Source of the DNA: Chrysomallon squamiferum
Taxonomy: Eukaryota > Animalia > Mollusca
Length of the DNA: 64,000 nucleotides
NCBI GenBank assembly: GCA_012295275.1
Contig: CM022665.1
Span: 28,954,001-29,018,000 of the forward strand
Direction of reading: 5' to 3'
How positions within the stretch are numbered: position 1 is the stretch's first letter; each line of letters starts with the position of its first letter. Shown here piece by piece: positions 27,684-40,945 of the stretch. The notes beneath the pieces are model-generated. The model saw only the letters and a list, made by a program, of their open reading frames with translations. It searched no databases and was not told where the DNA came from. Position numbers and translations under genes: made by a program.

Positions 27684-27870
27684 CTTCTAACATGAACAGA
27701 AGGGTATGAATACTATGATAAATATGTCCTCTTTTGACCGAATTACGTCACAAGTCTATTATACCAGTGCGCGCCCCTTACACTCGACTATTACATACTC
27801 TTGGGGTTACATCATGATCAGTAATACTCCAGTGTTAGACACATAACGCTGAAAAACTTACGTACTGTTA
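27684..27870 (-). promoter_or_regulatory. Candidate alternative proximal promoter and short first exon of the giant-like gene
   Basis: TATA-like TATAATAG (minus, 27763-27756), TTACGTCA 27743-27750, TTACATCA 27807-27814, TTACGTAC 27858-27865, then ATGTTAGAAG|gtaaga donor (exon ends 27684). Confidence 0.5.
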
Positions 27871-30781
27871 CTAAAGAAAGAAAGAACAGTATCAAATACA
27901 CAATCGTAAACTCACTGGTGACGCACCTAATGAGTAAACAAGTTACCAGCGCCTATCCCATTTCTTTTTTAAACAACGGGTTGAGTAAGCGGCCAGTACG
28001 GTTAAAGCGGTTGTCAATCGAAACCATTAATCAATAAGAAATCATTCACAGAGTATGTTGTTTACTACAACTGTGTAATACATAGTATAGCGCAGAAGCA
28101 GACAGGCTATCAGTAAAATAAAGAGGGTGTGTGAGGAAACTAGTTTGTACGGCGTACACGTGTACACCGATTGAAATGTAAACAATAATATAAGGTTACG
28201 AAACTACTCCTTTCACCTCCGAATTGCGTCTTACGCCCACTTCTAGCGCTGCTAACGGTAAACATCACTTCGCAATCGATAAACCGGCTACTTTCGATAA
28301 CACACCAATGCCGAAATATTCATTGAAATAAAATAAATATCATTACCTGGTGTGCTGTTCTTCTTGGCAAATGGCCTGTGTTGCGTTCTGCTGGCCTCGA
28401 AGTAACGGCCATACAAAATGGTGTAATCCGCTATCACAGGTCCATAATCGTTGGCTCTGTGACCCGAAATGACGCCAGTAAGTGCCATGTATGCAAATGC
28501 TTTCCGAATCACGTAATCCAAAATTAGCTAACCAATCATCTCTGGTCTTCTTCGGTGCAAGGCATGTCCAGTTGAAAAGCTTACTGACATCACAGTCCAG
28601 TGGTAACCTCTGATTGGCTGGCCAGGCACACAGCTCAAGGTTGCGTAAGGACACGGCAGTTGCTTACAAGGCCAAAAGGTGACAGCCTCGTTTCCACGTC
28701 CAATTGAGCTGACCCTGTTACATGGAGATGACCGCAAAATGCCCAATATGCGGCAATATTGCGCAACGTTTTACGCTTACCTTAATTACAATTGTGAATG
28801 AAGGAAGAAATACGCAATAAGCGTTGCCTTATGTGGACCTAGTTCTTGATTTGCAATGTTTACGTAGTGAAAACATAATGTGTTGTAGTGTTCTATTGGC
28901 AAATAGCGCTTTAATGCGTTTTAACCGTTTACGCGATCTATTTTCGCGGCAGAATTTAATCACCTACAATCGTGCTGGTTATAAAATTCCTATCTGATTA
29001 GCAAGCTTTTACCACCTACAGAAATCCGAGCACTTACTACAAATCTAATACATCTTCATGGGTTTTTTGTTGCTTTTCTTTTTTTTTCTCGATCAATTTC
29101 CCCCCCCCCTCCTTCCCCTTCTCTCTTTCACATGATGGGTTGTGCTTACGATTAAAAATACCGAAAGGTTTTCGGTCATCGGTTGAGTGAAAGGGCATCT
29201 AGAGTTCAGGCAGGGTCAGAGTGGAAAGAGTATTTTTGTTGTAGTATGCTGCTATGTAAGTATGAGCGGAACGAGCTACATAAATACACTACACCTTGAG
29301 AACACACACCGTTCTTATTACTGTTGGTGAATGAAAGCTGGTATGTAAATCCTCCGCCACCGCCAAATGACCCCGTCCAGTAGGTACACAACTAGTCCAA
29401 ACCCGTCCTCAAAATCTATACTAAAATAATACATGTGTATGCGCATATTGCACAAGGTTGAGAATGCCGCTTTTTTAAAAAGTACATGGATTAAAGGTGA
29501 CAATTCATATCCATGAACGGGCTATATCGAGAACTGCAGATCTATCTATAGAACATGTATTTTATTTAATGGACACCAGCTTAGCCGTAAATAATTATAG
29601 CAAATTACCATATTATTATTCTTTTTACGTTCTGTGTAATTGCCATGAATGTTTATTATTATTATTTGTTTCTTTGTTTGTTTTCGAAATTCAAATTCAT
29701 TTTTTAGAATTAATACATTTTGTAGTTTGTCAAATGAGTAAGAAATGAACCAAATTGTTAACATAAGTAATTTCATACTGAAAAGTGTATAATCAAATGA
29801 GTAATAAATTAAATATTATCTAAAAATAGAAATACTTAATTTATTCGGTCTTGTATGAGTTTAATGTTTCATTATGTTTATTTATTTATTTATTGTTATT
29901 TTACTTTATACTATATGGAGATGTAAGCACTTACTTTAGCCGACTAATGTTGTCTTAATTATAATGTTATTTATTTTATTTTGAAAATATATTCACATAT
30001 ATATATATTCCAGTTTTGTTAAAATATAAAAGTAAAATAAATAAATCAAATACTCATAATATAAAATAAAATAAAATAAATATTTAAATAACTAATTAAA
30101 ACAAAATTTAAAAATTTAAAATAAAATTTCAATAGTTAATTAAAATACAATTTATAAAAACTTTGAAATTAACATGAAACAAACTAAAGTCGTATTAAAA
30201 CTAACATTACATCTAGTCTTCAGTATCTATACATAAACAGAAAAAAAAAGAGAGAAAAAGTGATAGAAAAACAATGCACCAAATAACAAAAACAAAAATC
30301 TATTATTTTCCAACAATATTTTCAACAAATAAACATTTAAGGTACAACAAAACTTTTAATAAAGCATATCAACCATAAAATTTATTTTATTTTATTTTCA
30401 TTTAATGGTGGATGATTTATAAAGTTTTTTTTTTTTTCCAGTGTTTAATTATGAAATACGCATACGTAAATATGGTAATTTGGAAACATTTTTCTACGCT
30501 AATAACCACATTGTTCACTAGCGTACTAGTATTTGCATGTTTAAAATGTTATTATTGAACGGAGATCACTGTTAAATAAAATTTAATAATGTTACACGGA
30601 AAGAATATTATTGTCAGTTTATGAACAGATGGTCGCTGTGAACAGTGATATCATAAACATAAGAGCACTGCACAACAGCTGTAATTACAAACGTTTAGGT
30701 CTCTTTGTACTGGTTTTTTTTTTAGAATAAAACTTTAATTAGGAATTCCATAATTTATTGTATCTTAAATTATTATTATTA

Positions 30782-30813
<32 letters not shown>

Positions 30814-32151
30814 TACATATTTAAATATGTACGTGTGTGTATATGTATGTATGTAGTATTGTGTATGTATGTTTGTATTTCTTTTTTATTTATGTATTGT
30901 CGTGTTGAGGGGCGTATGTGGTTGTATGTATATATGTATGTGTGTATGTATGTATGTATGATGGTATGTCTGCATGCATGTTGGCACGAGTGTTAGTATG
31001 ATTCAGATTAAATAACACTATAAATATTTCAATACTCTGTTCACGGCACGAAATACTCTTGCAATCATTTTTCTCACAGTAAAATATTAATATATTTATA
31101 GTTTGATCGAAACTTGTATGTGTTATGTGACACTTCAGACTGAGATAAAAATTCACCAAGTGTCACACGAGAGAACAGAAATTTATTATCACGTCAGAGA
31201 TGCTCATAAAAATAAAGTAAATGTTTTTTCAGTAAAATGTATCGTAAAACGTCACAGATAAAACACGAAGTTATAGCCAAGTGTAAAATATTAATACCAT
31301 GTGTTTCATACGATATTTACAATACGATCAGTTTCGATTGTATATGACAAGAGAAACAGTTTATAAAATATAAGTTTGTAAAATGATAATCGCATCAGTG
31401 GCAGTATCAAAGAGGCATTACAAACAGGCAATTTCATAATTTTTTATGTCCTTTTTTGTTTATTTTTTCTCATTGTTGCACAGAAATATTCCATAAGAGG
31501 TATACTGAATATTTATCATATTTTTAACTTATTAAATGTTTCAAGTTTTTGTAGTAGTAGTAGTTATTGCTTAATAAAGCTTTTATATATAACTGATGGG
31601 AATTGTTATTTCAGTTTTATAAGTAGGCAAGCTTTTAAGATAAAAGGAAACCAATTTAGAAAATGAAAATCTCATAATATACGTTTATATAATAAAAGTA
31701 ATTGATATATTCGTTTTACAACCTATCTACACTTACAGATTCGATTGTTGGGTGTGCAATAAAATAGAGAACGAAATAAAAGATGAAATAATGGTAGATG
31801 TAATACGTCTAAAGACATTATAGTGGTTTTAATACGGTATGTAACATAAATATAATGGAGGAAGATTATAAACATCGGTTTCGAATACAAACATTAAATA
31901 AGATACGTGAAAATTTTCATAATAAAATATAGGAAAGATTAACAGTAGTATTGTTATATTATTACGATTTACTTGACATAATGTATTTGATTACTGAATA
32001 TAATGCAGTAGAAAAAAAAATAATAATTTAGAAGAACAGATTTGAAAAATGGTCAAGCAGAATATGGTTAAGTTTACCGAGTGTAAAGTTAAATATAACA
32101 GCAGTAACAACAGTAGTAGTGGAAGTCGTTTCGTAATTTAAAAATAAATAT

Positions 32152-32195
<44 letters not shown>

Positions 32196-33489
32196 GTCTG
32201 TAGAAATGACGGTGACGAATCGGAGAAACTACAAGAAAAACAACGTTATGTATTGAAATAACTGATAAAAATCAATTGATAAAGCATTAGGACCTAGAAT
32301 CCCCAGTATTCGGCCACTGCACCCAAAAGCTTGCGAAAATAGCCGCCGCAATTAAATAAATACATTAAGCAAGCTCGTGTACTGCAGTTTGAGATCAATA
32401 TGCGACCGAAGTGATGTGTTCAATTTGCCTCGCGCTGTTTTCACAACTAGCCAATCAATAAGTGTCACACATAATGCGCAATATTTATTTACAACTGACC
32501 AGGCACCACACATGCTCTTGCTACTGCTTGTACCGCTGTGGTCTTAAGCACAGAATGGGGTGACGGTGGGGTCACGCTTTTTAATCAGTGAAAAATCCCT
32601 CTGGATAGTTGTACATTCTGCACTACTTTGATTGCGTAAGAGTGAATCAAACTTTAATTTAAAATATGCATATAATTAAATAAAATGATTGAAAAATAAG
32701 TTGTGCTTACATCTTAGAAAAACAGACACGATACTACATCCAAAGCACGATATTTAAACCAGATTAACAAATATTCTGTATAATATATGAATTACGAATT
32801 AATCCAAATTGAAAATCCTGAATGTTTCAAATTAATTAACAACGACTTGCAAATCTAGTGCAGTATGTTGTTCCCCTTATTAATAAAACATTAAAAAAAA
32901 AAAAAAAATTATGTAAAGGTTAAACGAAAAATTATAACTGACAGAGAAAATACTGAAGAGTACATTTTGTCCATTTCTTCCCCAAATCGGACTAACAGGA
33001 CAACAGTAATACAAACATGAATTAAGAGCAATGAGATATTATTCAGATAAAACATACATTTTATTAAATGATCTGTACGAAGGCTGGATGAGAAAAGATG
33101 TGTCATGACTGAGATTTACACAGATTATCAAAATGAATACAAAGACACTTCGCATAGTGGAGGAACCCTCCTTTTTCTTTAAAGACCTAAAAATTGATTT
33201 TCTTAACCAAAAATGTCGTTCAAATAAATTATATAAACTTTACAAAATATCTCACTTAATTTACTGTCCAAAATAATCTTAAAGCCAGTTAGCTGCATTT
33301 AAAGTGTTTTGTATTATGCTATGATTATACTTTAATCAAACGTATTACATAGAAGATAAGCCATTAGTAAAATGTGATGAAACGAAAAAGCACTGGTTAT
33401 TTTGTCGATTTGGTTAATTTATACAGGTTTATTCAGATACGTGTGTAACCCTCTTAGTCTCTGATCAAGACAAATGTCAGTCTTTGAAA

Positions 33490-33670
33490 TTCAGCATTTA
33501 CAAATTAATAGTTTTGTATTTAATAACATCATTAATTTCTTGATAATCTACTAGTAATGTTATTATTGTAGGATTGGAGGTGGGGTTTCTTTCTGTTTTG
33601 TTTTTATTTGATAACACTTTCTGTAATTCTCAGATAATTGATATTTATTACGAAACCTGTCTTTTGTCTC
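33490..33670 (+). repeat. Old dispersed repeat, copy 1 (partner 37490-37700)
   Basis: Shared blocks TATTAT.GTAGGATTGG.GGT, TTTTTATTTG and AGATA..TGATATTTATTACG in the same order. Confidence 0.7.
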
Positions 33671-35129
33671 TTTCTTCTGAAATGTGGAAAAACAAATCCA
33701 CTTTCTAAACGTTTAGTATAAGACGCAACAGTCTAGATGTTGTTGTTGTTTGTTTGTTTGTTTACTGTTATATTGAAATAAAATACAATCATAAAATCAA
33801 AGATTTAAACTTCAGCTGATTTTAAAAATATATCATCCCTCACATCAATACCGGAGTTTGTTGACTAGTTTGAAGGGTATTTCATATGGTATCTGAATAT
33901 ACATTTCAAAGAAATGTATCCATACTAAACAGCAGATGCAAATCTTTGGGACACGCCAAATTTCAACTGTAAGGTCTTACTCTGGTCTGTTACGTACTTC
34001 ATTCATTCTAAGTAATTAATGAGTAATTTTATGCGCTGAAACAGATTTCATCGTTTCGTAATTAGGACTCACTGAAAAATCTGAAATTATAATTTCTCAT
34101 CAGTTATCAAAATACTCATATAAATTTTAGATGCGGATAAAATTATTTTTTAGCCGGCGCATCATTTATGACTTCTGGAGTTATTTATCGAAATACACTA
34201 ATACATAAACATGTGTACACATACACTAATTGCAAATCCGCACTTAACGGTTTTACTGAAGCTTTAGATGTAAATCATAAAAGATGTCTGGGATCTCAGA
34301 CTGAAATTCTTTGCTGTGCATTACGCTGTTTAGTGCTGAAACGATTCAAAACATCTGATCGGTAATCGTGATAAATCAGAATGGAGTAAATCATGCATCT
34401 AACATTTGACGACTTATTTCTTTTGTTGCAGAGGAAGTCTGTTCGGACGCTGATCTTGATTTTGTATTTATAACAATTGTCTTCTTCTACCGTGTTGTGT
34501 TGTTTCTCTAGCTTATGATAGCATTTCAAATAAAACAAAAATATTTAACACTAGCCAAAGAACTGAACGTCAGAAAAAATAAAATAAAATAAAAATGATA
34601 ATAATAACTAAACAGTTAACGGAGAAAATAAAATATACAGTTCTCTGTAATTATATATTACAATAAATAAACTGTAAATTAAAATTAAGCCATATTTTTT
34701 AAGACAATATCATACTACCGCGTGGTATGTTATACAGTATGTATGCTGATGACTGCAGTGTCTTCGTAACTTTTAGATATAAAATATAAACAGAGAGATT
34801 AATAGATGAATGTAAATAATTATCCCCACATAGCACATTAAAATCTCATAGCTACATTTATTTCTACGCACATAAAAATACACGTACGAATACATACAGC
34901 ATATAATATGATAGCTAAGCAGAACAAAAGAACTGGACTGTGGAAATTTGAAATAATTTATTATTACTTTTCATTATCATTTCTTGTGATCACTTTTATC
35001 ACAGCAACACTTTTCACCTTTTTATCACTCAGTATTTAAAAGGAAATATTTTATTATTATTAACCCTCGGGTCATTTTTGTTTTTTCAGTTATTCAACAA
35101 TTTGATATATTTAGAACCGATAAGGCGAA

Positions 35130-35161
<32 letters not shown>

Positions 35162-36086
35162 GTCTTCTTGTGACCTGGTTAGGACAGAGGTCGCAATCCA
35201 CAATAGCCTGTTACAGCCAGTAGACAGAAAACTTGCATTGAAGAAACACAAAAGCTCTGTGGTATTTGGTCAGTCAGGCTATGTCGGTGTCATATGTTTG
35301 GTGACCCCTTCAGGTAGCCAAATATGTAAATGGGGTGTTTATTTAGAGATCACGATATACGATGTTTGGCCGCGCTGTGATGACACAACAAGTGGACAGG
35401 ACCCTCAGTTGACCTCGCAAACAACATATTTACACAGACCGGCGTTGGTCAGTGACGACATTAAACGTCTTCTAAACGCAGTGGTTAACAAAGGTGTTAG
35501 GATTTCAGCTTCTGTATTTGTAAACTTACACTTTGGGCTTGTTTTCAGTATCACTTGATAGTTTGTGTGTTGTCGTTTGTGTGTGTTCAGTTTGACAAAA
35601 CGATGTGTGTGTGTTTTTAAACAAGGTGAAACAATTCATTAGTGTTTAAATGTGTTTAATTAATTACACTCGAACATTTACTGTTTTATTTGAAAATGTA
35701 TAAAGAAATAAATGAAAATGCGACGTTGATCACGACAGATAAAGAATAATTACGTTAAAACTGAGCATACCACAAACACAGGAAATTTAAATATAAACTG
35801 TTAACACTTTGTAACAACAACAGAATAATAATACATTTTTATAAAATTAATGTAAAATGATAACGACAACGACAATGGTGATGAGGAAGAAGATTGGAAT
35901 AATGTCGAAAAATTAATTATATTGTGTTTTAATTTAAATTAAAAAAAAAAAAAAAAATTATAAAATTTCTAAAATTTTATATTTAATATTAAATTAAACA
36001 AATTCGTGAAGCAGGCAGGCTAGGACAAGATTATCTAAATTTCAAAAAGCCACATTTGAATTTTGTTTGAACACACACACACACAC

Positions 36087-36130
<44 letters not shown>

Positions 36131-36284
36131 ATAGCTGCATAATCAATTTTACAACTTACTTATAAAGACATAAACAGGAAAACATTCATATCTATTTCAA
36201 CACATAATCAATAGTCAAAAAATAAAATAACATAAAAATAAAATAAAACAAAAATTGCAGTCGCAGAACATAATCATTTCTTAC

Positions 36285-36301
36285 CTTACTGGATGGATCA
36301 T
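36285..36301 (-). CDS. gt: Probable first coding exon of the giant-like gene (MIHPV+S)
   Basis: ATG ATC CAT CCA GTA AG|gtaaga is a strong phase-2 donor matching the phase-2 acceptor at 20564. The join reads [21 protein letters not shown]... (17+1234 nt, 416 aa). There is an in-frame stop upstream of the ATG and promoter motifs just 5'. Implies an intron of about 15.7 kb. Confidence 0.7.
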
Positions 36302-36429
36302 GTAACGAAAATACAACGAATCATTAGACACGGGGAATATGACCACAGCATGTGAACTTTTGGTATTTAGCTACTAGCTGACGGGTATCCAAGTACTGGA
36401 GCCGGTACTTCAACACGCTGAATAAATTA

Positions 36430-36517
36430 AACTGAGAGTGATGCGAGATGCGAGCTAACTGACCTATCCATATTCGAGTTTGTCTTTCTGGTTATGAAAA
36501 TATGTTACGTGCACCAA

Positions 36518-36551
<34 letters not shown>

Positions 36552-36720
36552 CAGAAAATGGCGTTTTCTACTTCGTAACAATTATTGGTCAACGGAGCAC
36601 GCGACACCTGCTTCGTTTGTGAGTGAGAGAAAAAAGTCAGCCAATGAAAAAAGCTCTGCTTGCTTTTATTGTTATTTAAATTATTTTTGTCGCATTTCTA
36701 AGGTTTCCGCTGCCATTCAA
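36430..36720 (-). promoter_or_regulatory. Distal promoter of the giant-like gene
   Basis: Two Inr-like TCAGTT on minus (36430-36435, 36457-36462), a GTTACGTG hybrid site near 36504, CCAAT boxes near 36585 and 36641, CACGCG near 36598, locally more CpG. Lies immediately 5' of the candidate first exon. Confidence 0.55.
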
Positions 36721-36895
36721 GCCAAGCATTGAGAGACTTTCGGCACACGCTAAGAGGGAGGAGTCTGTAATAGAAGACTTACTTTATTTTGTATACATGT
36801 AAACTCGGGCATGCTCCTCGAGGCATCAAAATAAGATTTGTCTGATTTATCAACAAAATCATTTTGAAGTCCATATATCAAAGTATAATATAAAA

Positions 36896-36930
<35 letters not shown>

Positions 36931-37489
36931 ATATATATTCTAATAAAAAAAATGGTGTACAAAGAAACTCATCCTTTTCCCATACATACACAAGAAGAAA
37001 AACATTAATGAGAATCAGCCAAAAAAAAAAAAAAAAATCCATTTAAAAATAACAATATTCCTAAAAATCAAAAACGAAAATAAAAGTAATAACCCGATTT
37101 TTAAAAATATTTCTATTAGTTATGAAAAAAGTTAAAATAAAAATAAAAATAAAAATAATAACAAATAAATAAATAAAAACAGTATTTGTGGATTGAAACT
37201 GAAACTATAAAAATAGGATTTGTTTTCGAATTATTAAGGTTTTTACAGAATTTCTAGGTGCGTCCTCCCCGAAATACTGTGACTCAGTCTGTTATCACAG
37301 TCACCTGTTTTACTCACTGATACAAAATTACGAAGCGAAGCCTGTCCAAAGTTGTAAGAGGAAATGAGCAATATTTCTTTATGACAAATAAAGAATCATA
37401 TTCTGCCTCTTTATTTATCATAATTATATACAGCATATATTTATAATCATAGGGAAATATGAAGAATTTGTAGAAATCAATTAAAATGT

Positions 37490-37700
37490 ATTATAAATTA
37501 CGTTTAGTTTTTGTTCTCAGCTTTATCAATTTCTCGAGACTGTATTATTATTGCTATTATCGTAGGATTGGGGGTTCTTTTTTAATATTTTTTTTTATTT
37601 TTTATTTGTAACATGTTTTAGAATTCGTAGATATCTGATATTTATTACGTATTTAGATGAGATTTTCGCAATATGTTTATTTAAAACCTATCCTTTCGTC
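37490..37700 (+). repeat. Old dispersed repeat, copy 2 (partner 33490-33670)
   Basis: Same ordered blocks as 33490-33670. Confidence 0.7.
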
Positions 37701-38138
37701 GTAACAGGATGGTTAACAAAACATCAAAGCTGCGAATAGTGAATATTTTGGAAAGACGAAACACAATACTACTGAACTCACACATCAGTGGTATTTCAAA
37801 TATTTCAGTCTTGAAGTAAAATCTGCAGTCAGAAAACTAACCCATCCCTTTGACTTGTTTCTATAGCAGAAATATAATCTATATTGGGTAGTTAAATATA
37901 TTTCACTTCTTACATTCAAATATTCAAATCTTAGAAAAAAAAGACTCTGAGCTAGCCAGATATATAATTCAAATATATATAAATAGAAAAAATTAAAATC
38001 AGTAATTATAAGCATTTTGTTGTCAGTTTAGAAATAAATTCCAATTAATGCCTAATTAGATCTAAAGTGAATTTTCAGTTATATCCGTTAATTAATTTTT
38101 TTCATTCATCCTTCCCTTCTTTAATTTATTTTGTCAGT

Positions 38139-38169
<31 letters not shown>

Positions 38170-39040
38170 AAAGATAAAGGAATGGAAAAAAAAGAAAAAA
38201 AAAAAAAAAAGAAAGAAAAAACAAGGAAAAGAGAAAAGAAAAAGAAGATCTACAATAATACTGTTGAATTATTTAAACAAATATATTCTAAACAATTTCT
38301 ACTTCAATTACTGGTCTAAGTTTAACGTCCGGTTAAGCTTTTAACATCATCTCACTCAGAACTGGAAACAATAGTATGGTAGTTCTTTCTCACTCGCTCA
38401 ACAGTCTGGTAATAGTCGATATCCTTGAACCGATTTCTTAAAAACGTGTGTTTTTCTATTGTCATGGCCACGTGACGGGCAGTGAAATAAGAGTGTGGAA
38501 AAAAAAAAAAAATCGGACTCATAACGCTGTTATGACGATCGCAATTCGAACAAAATAATGTTTATTTTTAGGATGGTTATATAGCTGGGATTTGCTGGTG
38601 ATATTTATTATTATTATTATTAATTTTGTTTGAATAATCGTATAAAAAACGTCCGCAAATGAAAAAAATTATTATTACTAACACTTTTAACAGAAGTATC
38701 AGTTTAATATTAAAACATATTATATCTGAAACGTAACGTAAACCAGGAAACCAGAGTTGAAACCATCTGCTACTTCATTTATAAATTTTTTCGCTGAATT
38801 ACCACCAGTGTGGTTGAGTGATTAACGGAAGAACAAAAGGATGAAAGGATATGAAAATTTGCGATCAGAATTTCTAACGCTATTTGTTGGCAATAAAAAT
38901 TGGAAAAACGTAATTTTTGCTGTTTTTTTATTTATTTATTTATTTATTTATTATTTATTTTTATTTTTTATTTTTTTTCTGGACGGTTTTATTTTTAGTC
39001 AGATAGAATTTAGATAATAACCTCATTCCTCCTTCTACCC

Positions 39041-39071
<31 letters not shown>

Positions 39072-40236
39072 AAAATAAAATCCACTGCAATTCCTGTCTA
39101 CAGTACGTACATTTGCGACGTGTTTCAAGAGTGATCGGGAGTGTTAACGATATGGATTTCCGCCCCTCCGTCAAGATAGGGTGTGTTTATGAAATACAAT
39201 ATGTCAGATCCACTTAACATTCAGAAATGTGCTCGTGCCAGTAAATAAACAAACTAGCAAAAGTAAATAAATATATAAATAAATAAAAAGGATAATTTAA
39301 AAAATCTCTCTATGACCATTATATGTAATTAATTATATATCATTTCAGTGTTTGGAACGAGAAATATTTCAGCATGTTAAAACAGTGTTTATCCGAAACA
39401 AAAAGGTTATCTGTTGATGTAATGTTTTCCATAATTTAACACTGGATGGATATATTCTTAAGAAGAAAGAGAAGCAAGAATAAAGTAAGAAAAAGAAAAA
39501 AAAAAAAAAAAAAAAAAAAAAGGTATAAAACCTGATTTTTTTTTAAAGATTATATTTAAAACTGGTTAAGTGAGATAAAAATTATATAAAGAATTAGATA
39601 ATAAAACAAAATTACTAGTACCACAAATACTAAAACAATAACTACTGCTACCAGTAATAATAATAATAATTATAATAACAATAAAAACAATAATTATAAT
39701 CGTTAAATAAATAAAACACATCAAGCAATGAAAACAAATTAAGAAAAAAAAATAATAATAAAAAAATAAAAAAGATGGAAGAAACAAACAAAACAAAAAT
39801 ACAATATAATATAACTCATATATTTAAATTACGTCCAGATTAATGGAAAAACAAGTTTCTGTTCTAACCAACACGACGGATTCCAAAGTCTTCATACTAT
39901 TTACTTATTGTGGCGTCCATGCACACGTATTTACAGCATGTTTTAACCTTAAGGCCTGCTCGAGATGTTCTTTTGATGTGCAAAAGGAACAGGTCGATCA
40001 GTAGACAAGACGAGACCCGACCTTGACTCATAGTGTAAGTAATCTAGACATAAATGTTTTAATGGAGGCTCTTTTGATACGGAATTCTTTCCTCTTACTG
40101 TCGAATAGCACACTAGAATGGACAGGAACGGACCCGCGCGATTTCAAAAGGGCGGTTGAAATGAATACGAGTAATTTATGCTTGTAAAAATTGCAGAGAA
40201 TAAAAACAAATAAAGAAGGTAATAATAATAATAATG

Positions 40237-40278
<42 letters not shown>

Positions 40279-40897
40279 GTAATGTAATAGATTAGATGTA
40301 GGAAGAGCAGGAAGAAGACAAACGACATAATCAAAGGAAAAAACAGTTAAAGAATAAAGAATGAAAGAAGAAAATAGAAAGAATTTTTTTTTTTTTTTTT
40401 TTTTTAAATAATTAAAATAAAACCCCAACATAAACAAACAATGAAAAATATTCAGCCTTCAACAAAAGAACAAAACATACAAGCATTGAAATTCTTTTGC
40501 GTAGTATGTATAGTAACCAGCTAGACACTGTTAAAATGAGGTAACTGTCTTGGAAACATAAAAATAAAAAAAGTAAAAAAAATAATAATGTCAATAATAA
40601 TAATAGAAAAGAATAAGAATTTGTATACAGTATGTTACATAACAAAAAATGTTAAATTATATTTTTCGAATTTCAGATTTTTCACTTATTGACGATATCT
40701 TTGCATTTTATTTCCTAACAAAAATCTTAATTCTTATATCAAAATAATAAATAATAAAAAAGTAGAACGTGAAAAAAATAATAATAATATAAAAGATACT
40801 AATTTGTATCAAATTATATTTTAAAAAATGTTCAGTAAATAAATAAATAAATTATAATTATGCTGATCACCACATTATATTTCCCGATTTAAATGAC

Positions 40898-40945
<48 letters not shown>

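Noticed and set aside
35238-35558. 106-aa plus-strand ORF inside the intron
   Set aside because: TTG start and no homology recognised. Better explained as a GC-richer regulatory patch.
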